This document shows, piece by piece, positions 57,281 to 64,000 of a stretch of 64,000 nucleotides of DNA. Made by a program: the position numbers and the translations under genes. Position 1 is the stretch's first letter. Each line of letters opens with the position of its first letter. This stretch comes from an uncultured Acidobacteriota bacterium (GTDB lineage: Bacteria; Acidobacteriota; UBA6911; RPQK01; JAPXNP01): NCBI GenBank assembly GCA_963777605.1, contig CAVZRV010000007.1, positions 96,001 to 160,000 of the forward strand, read 5' to 3'. Below the pieces are notes generated by a model that did no database searches, had not been told where the DNA came from, and saw nothing but the letters and a program-made list of their open reading frames with translations.

Positions 57281-58507
57281 ATGGAATCACTTCGAGAACT
57301 TTACCGAATCGGAAATGGGCCGTCGAGCAGCCACACGATGGGACCGCGGACGGCCGCGGAAACCTTTCTCGCCAGATTCTCCGAAGCGGCAGAATACCAG
57401 GTTACCCTTTTCGGGAGCCTGGCAGCCACCGGGAAAGGCCACCTGACGGACGCCACGCTCCGCGAGTGCTTCGGCAGTCGTCCTCTGACGATTCAGTGGA
57501 ACGCCTCCGAATTCCTCCCTTTTCACCCCAACGGAATGCTGTTTGAAGCGTTCTCCGCCCCCAACCAGTGTCTGGGGACCTGGACTGCGTACAGTGTGGG
57601 AGGCGGTAAAGTCGTGGACGAAGAGACGGCGCTCTGTACGATCGAGGTCTATCCGAAATCAAAGCTGGCCGAGATCATGGAAAACTGTGTCGGATCCGGA
57701 AGGACCTTCTGGGAGTATGTCGAAGCCTGCGAGGGGAAAGAGATCTGGGACTACCTGTCTGATATCTGGCCCGTCATGCGATCCTCGATCCACCGCGGTC
57801 TCGAGGCGGAAGGGGTCCTGCCCGGCGCGCTCCACCTCCCCCGGCAAGCCTGCAGGCTCTACCGAAAGGCGAAATTGGCAGGTGAGCACTTTCGCCGCAC
57901 CGGCCTGCTGGCGGCGTTCGCGCACGCTGTCAGCGAGGAAAATGCGGGAGGCGGGTTGATCGTCACCGCACCGACCTGTGGAGCGTGCGGCGTACTGCCG
58001 TCCGTGCTCCGCTACCTTCAGGAGGTAGTCGGGTGCACCGACCGTGAGATCCTCCGGGCGCTTGCTACCGCCGGCCTCATCGGCAACCTCGTTAAACACA
58101 ACGCCAGCATCTCCGGGGCAGAAGTCGGTTGCCAGGGCGAAGTCGGAACCGCCTGCTCGATGGCAGCGGCGGCGGCCGCCCAGTTGCTGGGCGGCTCCAT
58201 CCGGCAGATCGAATATGCCGCCGAGATGGGGATGGAGCATCACCTCGGCCTGACCTGCGACCCTGTTGCGGGTCTCGTCCAGATCCCCTGCATCGAACGA
58301 AATGCCCACGCGGCGACCCGGGCGCTGACCTGCGCAGACTACGCAGTCTTCGGAGACGGATCTCATCGCGTGTCATTTGACGTCGTGGTCAAGGTGATGA
58401 GTCAGACGGGGCGTGATCTTCCGTCGCTTTATAGGGAAACAGCTTCTGGAGGGTTGGCTCGAGCGCTTGCCGAGGAAGACTCCCGCAACGACCAGGACAA
58501 CGCCTGA
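57281..58507 (+). CDS. sdaA: Fe-S L-serine ammonia-lyase, single chain
   Basis: GPSSSHTMGP, GSLAATGKGH, SISGAEVGCQGEVG, EHHLGLTCDP, QIPCIERN, YRETASGGLA. Confidence 0.95.
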   Translation: MESLRELYRIGNGPSSSHTMGPRTAAETFLARFSEAAEYQVTLFGSLAATGKGHLTDATLRECFGSRPLTIQWNASEFLPFHPNGMLFEAFSAPNQCLGTWTAYSVGGGKVVDEETALCTIEVYPKSKLAEIMENCVGSGRTFWEYVEACEGKEIWDYLSDIWPVMRSSIHRGLEAEGVLPGALHLPRQACRLYRKAKLAGEHFRRTGLLAAFAHAVSEENAGGGLIVTAPTCGACGVLPSVLRYLQEVVGCTDREILRALATAGLIGNLVKHNASISGAEVGCQGEVGTACSMAAAAAAQLLGGSIRQIEYAAEMGMEHHLGLTCDPVAGLVQIPCIERNAHAATRALTCADYAVFGDGSHRVSFDVVVKVMSQTGRDLPSLYRETASGGLARALAEEDSRNDQDNA

Positions 58508-58549
58508 CCGGGGGCGGGAAAGCACTGAACTTCAGGGCAGGAATGCGCC

Positions 58550-59464
58550 TCAACCCGACCTCTCCCGTCGGTCGGCCGGCAGCGCCAAACCGTTAGCGAG
58601 GAGGACAAGCGCACCACCGACCAGGATGTTGCTCGTCATGTCCTCGCCAAAGAACAGGGTGGCCATCACCCCGGCACTGATTGGCTCGAGCATCATGATC
58701 AGCCCCGCCGTCAGTGCGCTGGTCCCCCGGACTCCGGCCAGAAACAGGCAACTTGGGATCAGATAAGCCATCAGCGCGACGCTGAGCACCGCGACCGGGT
58801 GCGCGACGAACCCGGTGATTCCAAATCGGCCCAGCCGGGCATCGCCCACGAGAAGCGAAAAAAGTGGAGCGAGAAGAAGCAGCCAGAGGCAGGTGAAAAG
58901 CGCATAGCCTTGAGTCTTGGCAATCGCGCCCACTCCTGCAAGTCTCTCGGCGTGCTTGCCGACGAACACCCAGGCTGACAGAGCCCACCCTCCAAGAAGG
59001 GCAAAGCCCAGCCCGACCCTGGAGACTTCGGAACCGTTGATCCCCGGCCCCAGGAGAACGAGCATGCCGGCAATGGAGATGCCCAGGGCTACCGCCTTGC
59101 GCGGCGTGACCTGCTCGCCGAACCAGATCCGCGACACTATCAGCGTCCACAGTGGCTGAAGGTAGAGCAATATCGCCACGGTGGCGACCGGGACTCCCAA
59201 TACGATCCCGCCGTACTGGGTGATCTGAAGGGCGGCGCCGACCAGCCCGAACCCGATGAAGAAGGGCAGATTCGGCCTCTTGAAAATGATCGAAGATGCG
59301 CGCCCCCGGGCCAGTGTCAGGATCAGGGCAACGCCGGCAAGAGGATAGAAGGACACCTCCAACAACGAGAAACCGAATCCAGATAACCATCGCCCTCCCA
59401 CGGTGACAAAGCCGTAGAGAAGCGCCGCAATCCCGATCAGCAGACTACCCTTCCCCGATCCCAT
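58550..59464 (-). CDS. DMT/EamA family transporter
   Basis: About 10 TM segments, LLYLQPLW, FGEQVT, MLEPISA, FFGED. Confidence 0.85.
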   Translation of the reverse strand: MGSGKGSLLIGIAALLYGFVTVGGRWLSGFGFSLLEVSFYPLAGVALILTLARGRASSIIFKRPNLPFFIGFGLVGAALQITQYGGIVLGVPVATVAILLYLQPLWTLIVSRIWFGEQVTPRKAVALGISIAGMLVLLGPGINGSEVSRVGLGFALLGGWALSAWVFVGKHAERLAGVGAIAKTQGYALFTCLWLLLLAPLFSLLVGDARLGRFGITGFVAHPVAVLSVALMAYLIPSCLFLAGVRGTSALTAGLIMMLEPISAGVMATLFFGEDMTSNILVGGALVLLANGLALPADRRERSG

Positions 59465-59591
59465 CGGGCTAGAGTGTACGCTAAAGGCTGCGAAAGCAGG
59501 CTGGACAGCCACCGATCCAAGTCGGATGATGGGGAGGTCTTGAGGAACTCGGCGGATCGGCGTTCCCGAACAACTGACAGGTCTGAACACC

Positions 59592-60671
59592 ATGAACGTG
59601 AGCCCGGACGGATCGACTCTTCCAAAATCGTCAAGGTGGCGGAACTGGGCAATTGGGTGCGGAACTATTTTCGCCCTGGTTGTCCTGGTGTCCGTTCTGA
59701 CCTTCTACTGGGCGGTTACGCCCGGCCCCCAGGTACCCAGCGGCTCGTTCCTTGGGTCCCAAACTATCGGCGTCGCCCACCTGCAAGACCTTCGCGGAGA
59801 CCCCGCCGTCCAGGCAATGACCGGGGCAATCCTGAGGTCGATGCACGACCTTCGTCGGGAACAAGTCGAGCAGTCTGAGACGCCCTTCTTTCTGCGCTGG
59901 CTGGTCGGCAGACAGGGAGAGATTAATGAATCCCAGATCGATGACGCACTGAGGGATTCGCCAAGAGATGCAACGGTGCAACTCGAGTCGGTTGCCGGGT
60001 TCACCGATCCACAGATCCTCTCGGTCGTAAACCTGAGTCGGTACCCCAGGGCACTCCGGTTTGCCTATCAGATCGGTTCGTGGGTCCAAGGTTCCGAACT
60101 GGTGGCCGGCTACCCTGTTCTGAAAATGGGGTCAGCAGAACCGAGTGCCGTTGCCTTCGTGGAAGACACCCTGCTCTGGGGCCAGCGACCGGAAGTACTC
60201 CAACTGGCATTGGAGAGAAGACGGGACGTCGCTCCCGGGGAGATCTCGTCAAGGGTCCTGGCCACTTTCGCCAACCGACAGGAGCGCTGGAATCTCTTCG
60301 GGACCCTTGAGAATCGCCAGAATAGCCTGGCCTGGGTCGTTGACAAGTTCCGGGAGCGCTGGCCCCAGATTCCGGAACGCCCGCAACTCGATGAGCTTCT
60401 CTCCCGCATCAACCAGGTCGATTTTGGGCTGGACGTAGCGGACGAAGACTCCCTCGAGGGGTTCCTCGACCTGGTTTGCGGCTCCCCCAGGGAGGCAGAG
60501 GAGATCGCAGGGCTCCTCTCTGCGTTCATCCAGATAAACGGCCCGGATCCTCATTTTGCCCTGCAGGTCGAATCGAACCAGGAGCGGGTTCGAGTTTTCC
60601 TCCAATTTAAGGATTTCGCCCAGTTTGCGGTCGGTGCGATCCGGAAGAGTCAGGACCAGGAACAAGAGTAG
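59592..60671 (+). CDS. Hypothetical single-TM membrane-anchored protein
   Basis: KWRNWAIGCG followed by a TM helix; 359-aa ORF with no recognisable motif. Confidence 0.6.
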   Translation: MNVSPDGSTLPKSSRWRNWAIGCGTIFALVVLVSVLTFYWAVTPGPQVPSGSFLGSQTIGVAHLQDLRGDPAVQAMTGAILRSMHDLRREQVEQSETPFFLRWLVGRQGEINESQIDDALRDSPRDATVQLESVAGFTDPQILSVVNLSRYPRALRFAYQIGSWVQGSELVAGYPVLKMGSAEPSAVAFVEDTLLWGQRPEVLQLALERRRDVAPGEISSRVLATFANRQERWNLFGTLENRQNSLAWVVDKFRERWPQIPERPQLDELLSRINQVDFGLDVADEDSLEGFLDLVCGSPREAEEIAGLLSAFIQINGPDPHFALQVESNQERVRVFLQFKDFAQFAVGAIRKSQDQEQE

Positions 60672-62211
60672 ACAGGCTCAACCCGGGAAGGGCCTCGGAT
60701 GCTTCGCTTTCGGACGCAGGCTCCGGCGGGGACTTGTAGCGCAGGAGAATGCAGAAGCAACTCCCCTGTCCCGACGGGTTCTCTTCAACCCAAATCTCAC
60801 CGTCGTGGGCTTCGACAATCCGCTTCGCAATCGTCAACCCCAGGCCGGTGCCACCTTTCTTCAGTGGCGAGTCCTGTCTTCCAGATGTGTAGAACTGATC
60901 GAAAACCCGCTCCCTTTCAGACCGGGGAATCCCGGGACCCTGGTCCGAAACCGAAAGCAGGCAGAGGGAGCCCTCCTCTGCGGCGACAAATCCAGTCGGA
61001 TGATCCGCGGAACGTCTCACCCGTTCGATTCCGACCTCGATCGCTCCTTTCGAAGGGGAGAACTCCACCGCGTTGGAGAGCAGGTTCTCCACCACCCGGC
61101 CCAGGCGGACGCGATCCGCGTAGACCGAGCAAAGCTTCGAGTCGGACCTCACTTCGACCGTCAACTGCTTGTCGAGAAAAAGACCCTGCAGGTTCTCAAG
61201 GCACTCGCCGACCGCCTGCTTGAGATCCAGTTCCCGAAAGTCGTAGGCGATAACCCCAGCGTCGATCCGGGAAAGATCAAGCAGGTTCCCAATCAGCCTC
61301 GAAAGCCGCCGACTACTTCCAAGGCTCAGTTCCAGCAGCCTCCGCTGGGTCGTGTCGAGTCCTTCAGAGAATTCGTCGAGGAGAAGGCGGGTCGTCTCTT
61401 CAACCGAGGCCAGCGGGGCACGAAGGTCGTGGGAAACGTGGGACACGAAATCCCGCTTCAAACGGTCCAACTCTCCCAGGCGGCGGGTCATGCGGTTGAG
61501 CACAATGGCCAGGTCGGAAAGTTCGTCTCCTCTATCCTGTCTGAGCTTGACCTCAAAGTCTCCCTGCGCGATCCGTTGAGCCCCCCGCATCATTTCCTTC
61601 AGGGATACCGAGATCGACCGGAACACGACCAGGATGACGACCGCAGCCAGCAGCAGCGCGACTGGAAGCGCGATTCGGGAAACCGACGTCACTCGTCTCC
61701 CGGTCTCCCGGGTCTGAGCGGCCGTCTCCACCAGGTAGTCATCTCCCGCCCGGATCAACTCTTCGAGGGCGTCGTAAGCGGCCGCGCACGATTCGTCGAG
61801 ACGCATTTCAGCCCCCTCCGACGATCCCTCCTCCGACTCAAGTTGATCGATGACCGCACTGCACTGGTTCCAGCCTGTGACCACCGCACGCGTCTTCTCC
61901 CCCAACGGTCCAACGAACAGATTGACCCTGAGCATCTCGTGAAGGTCGTTGTCGATACTGGTCCGTCGCGACGAGGCGTCTTCCAGGTAGAAACGCTCGC
62001 CGGTCAGCAGGTATTTGAGCGAAAACTCCTCCAGATCGGCCAGGTTCTCGAACACTCTGTGGGCCCGTAATCCCGTTCCAAAGCCGACCTCCGTCAACTG
62101 CTGCTGCTGTTCCAGCATCTCCTGCATGAGGGAGGTCTGATAGAGGTGTACTGCGACGATAATTACGATCATCAGGCAGTATCCCAGGATAACCTTGGTG
62201 GTGATCCTCAT
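60607..62211 (-). CDS. HAMP-domain sensor histidine kinase
   Basis: Two TMs, HAMP (DELSDLA), SHDLRAPL, NLLSNA, DQGPGI, GTGLGL. Confidence 0.93.
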   Translation of the reverse strand: MRITTKVILGYCLMIVIIVAVHLYQTSLMQEMLEQQQQLTEVGFGTGLRAHRVFENLADLEEFSLKYLLTGERFYLEDASSRRTSIDNDLHEMLRVNLFVGPLGEKTRAVVTGWNQCSAVIDQLESEEGSSEGAEMRLDESCAAAYDALEELIRAGDDYLVETAAQTRETGRRVTSVSRIALPVALLLAAVVILVVFRSISVSLKEMMRGAQRIAQGDFEVKLRQDRGDELSDLAIVLNRMTRRLGELDRLKRDFVSHVSHDLRAPLASVEETTRLLLDEFSEGLDTTQRRLLELSLGSSRRLSRLIGNLLDLSRIDAGVIAYDFRELDLKQAVGECLENLQGLFLDKQLTVEVRSDSKLCSVYADRVRLGRVVENLLSNAVEFSPSKGAIEVGIERVRRSADHPTGFVAAEEGSLCLLSVSDQGPGIPRSERERVFDQFYTSGRQDSPLKKGGTGLGLTIAKRIVEAHDGEIWVEENPSGQGSCFCILLRYKSPPEPASESEASEALPGLSLSTLVPGPDSSGSHRPQTGRNP

Positions 62212-63557
62212 CAGAGGTCGTAATCCTTCAGCTTGTTCCGGATCGTCTTCACATCGATCCCGAGTCGGCGGGCCGCTTCAGCCTTGTTATCCCCGGTCAG
62301 TTCCAGGGTCTTCAGAATCAGCTGCTTTTCGGCTTCGGCCAAGGGCGTACCCGCCTTGATCAGCAACTGCATATCTTCGCGCTCACCGGTGCTCTTCATA
62401 TGGTGAGGCAGGTGGCGGGCACCGATCCAGCCCTGCTTGGCCAGGACTGTGGCTCGTTCGATCACGTTTCTCAACTCTCTGACGTTTCCGGGCCAAAGGT
62501 AAGCATCGAGAAGTGCCAAAGCCTCGTCGTCGATACCTTCCACCTGGGTCCCATGGCGTGCATTCAGGATAGAGACAAAGTACTGGGCAAGGTAGGGGAT
62601 GTCGGATTTCCGCCCCTTCAAGGGCGGCAATTCGATGTTGAAAACATTGAGCCGGAAAAGAAGGTCTTCCCTCAGGTCCCCCTTCCCGATCGCCTCGCGT
62701 GGATCCCGGTTGGTCGCCGCCAGGACCCGGACATCGAACTGGACCTCTTCTCGTCCTCCCAGCCGCCGCACTTTCCCATCTTCCAGCACTCTCAGCAGCT
62801 TGGCTTGAAGCTTGATCGGCATGTCGCCGATCTCATCAAGGAAAAGCGTGCCTCCGTGGGCGAGTTCGAAGCATCCGGGACGAGAGTTGACGGCGCCCGT
62901 GAAGGCCCCTTTTTCGTGACCGAATATTTCGCTCTCCATCAACTCCGACGGGATCGCCGCCGTGTTGACCGGCAGGAAGGAACCCTCAGACCGTGCGCTG
63001 TACTGGTGAATGGCCTGGGCTACCAGTTCCTTCCCGGTTCCGCTCGGACCGGTGATGAGAACTGAAGCGTCGGTCTGAGCCACTTCCTCGATCAGTTCAT
63101 AAACCTGTCGCATCGCCCTGCTGCGACCGATAAAGGGTCCGAAATCCCCTCCTTTGGAAACCCTGGATTGAATTGCCCGGGTCCGAACCCGCATTTCGAC
63201 TCGATTGCTGATTTCTTCGAGGACCGCCTTGAATTCCAGATAGTCAATCGGCTTGGTTATGTAGTCTTCGGCACCGTGCTTCATGGCTTCGACCGCGGCA
63301 TCCAGTTCTCCGTGAGCGGTGATCAGGACCACTGCCCGAGTCTTGTCACCGGCCTTCAGAGACTTCAGCAGTTCGAGGCCCGACTGTCCAGGCATTACCA
63401 TGTCCGAAACCACGATTGAAGGATCCCAGCTGTGGACAACTTCCCGGGCCGCATCGGCATCGGCGGCGGTTCGCACATCGTAGCCCCACTTCTCGAGGCG
63501 AATCGTCAAGACTTCCCGCATTGCCGGGTCGTCATCCACTACCAGGACCTTGATCAT
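62211..63557 (-). CDS. Sigma54-dependent NtrC-family response regulator
   Basis: [45 protein letters not shown]. Confidence 0.95.
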   Translation of the reverse strand: MIKVLVVDDDPAMREVLTIRLEKWGYDVRTAADADAAREVVHSWDPSIVVSDMVMPGQSGLELLKSLKAGDKTRAVVLITAHGELDAAVEAMKHGAEDYITKPIDYLEFKAVLEEISNRVEMRVRTRAIQSRVSKGGDFGPFIGRSRAMRQVYELIEEVAQTDASVLITGPSGTGKELVAQAIHQYSARSEGSFLPVNTAAIPSELMESEIFGHEKGAFTGAVNSRPGCFELAHGGTLFLDEIGDMPIKLQAKLLRVLEDGKVRRLGGREEVQFDVRVLAATNRDPREAIGKGDLREDLLFRLNVFNIELPPLKGRKSDIPYLAQYFVSILNARHGTQVEGIDDEALALLDAYLWPGNVRELRNVIERATVLAKQGWIGARHLPHHMKSTGEREDMQLLIKAGTPLAEAEKQLILKTLELTGDNKAEAARRLGIDVKTIRNKLKDYDL

Positions 63558-63620
63558 GTCATCCTCCGCATATCCGATTATCAATGATTTAGCGTGTGTT
63601 CGCAGAGTAGAATGTTTTGA

Positions 63621-64000
63621 ATGAAGAAGGTTTGCTGTCTTTGCCTTCTGCTTCTGCTGACTGGGGGAACTTCCTGCAGAAAGAAGACGCCTCTTCCTCC
63701 ACCGCCTCAACCGACTGCTCCTCCCGTGACCCTGCCTCCCGCCCAACCCACGGTTGAGCGACCGCCCGTCGTCAAGGAAACACCCCCTGACGGACCGGTT
63801 GTTGAGCCCGCAATTGTCGAGCCAGACCCTACTATCGAGGCAGACCGACTCTTCGCCCACGGGGACTTGCTGGCCGCCGAAGAAGCTTATCGGAACTTGC
63901 TCGACAAGCCAGTCAAGGGACCCGACCGGGGTAGAGTGCTCCTTCATTTGGGCATGATCTATGCCGACCCCTCGGTCGTCCTATACGATCCCAAGAAGGC
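63621..64000 (+). CDS. Pro-rich TPR-like lipoprotein, truncated by the window end
   Basis: MKKVCCLCLLLLLTGGTSC lipoprotein-like signal, Pro-rich linker, ADRLFAHGDLLAAEEAYRNLL...LLHLGMIYADP; absent from the ORF track because no stop occurs in the window. Confidence 0.7.
   Translation, partial: MKKVCCLCLLLLLTGGTSCRKKTPLPPPPQPTAPPVTLPPAQPTVERPPVVKETPPDGPVVEPAIVEPDPTIEADRLFAHGDLLAAEEAYRNLLDKPVKGPDRGRVLLHLGMIYADPSVVLYDPKK

Noticed and set aside
63558-63947. N-terminal extension of the 578-aa regulator ORF
   Set aside because: It is antisense to the lipoprotein starting at 63621; the likely start is ATG 63557 with a GGAGG RBS
1-64000. CRISPR arrays, rRNA, prophage, intact IS elements or known defence systems
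   Set aside because: No regularly spaced repeats or diagnostic protein motifs were seen

Overview
64-kb window of a GC-rich bacterial chromosome. Gene content (PadR + ADOP-type ABC permease, CRTAC1/ASPIC-UnbV proteins, DUF5916, several glycoside hydrolases, ECF sigma/zf-HC2 anti-sigma, sigma54 two-component systems) suggests an Acidobacteriota-like organism; this is an inference. About 45 genes are recognisable by motif, plus one standalone tRNA-Ile(GAT). That tRNA is the integration site of a ~5.6-kb integrase-less islet (PadR-MFP-ABC ATPase-permease), closed by a duplicated tRNA 3' half with arm-type repeats and an IHF-like site. Nine genes are broken by single-base indels, most likely long-read assembly errors. 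Best candidates for undescribed biology: (1) a sigma54/two-component-controlled locus encoding a membrane-anchored TPR multiheme cytochrome c and two FG-GAP/ASPIC-UnbV proteins, with a divergent sigma54-promoted ~230-nt sRNA or 51-aa sORF; (2) an NTT-like transporter-HEAT + cNMP-binding protein + exported Shewanella-like phosphatase module; (3) a secreted protein-arginine-deiminase-like enzyme; (4) a candidate ~180-nt structured RNA upstream of tRNA-Ile. No rRNA, CRISPR array, intact transposase or integrase was seen. All calls come from motif recognition by eye, without database searches.
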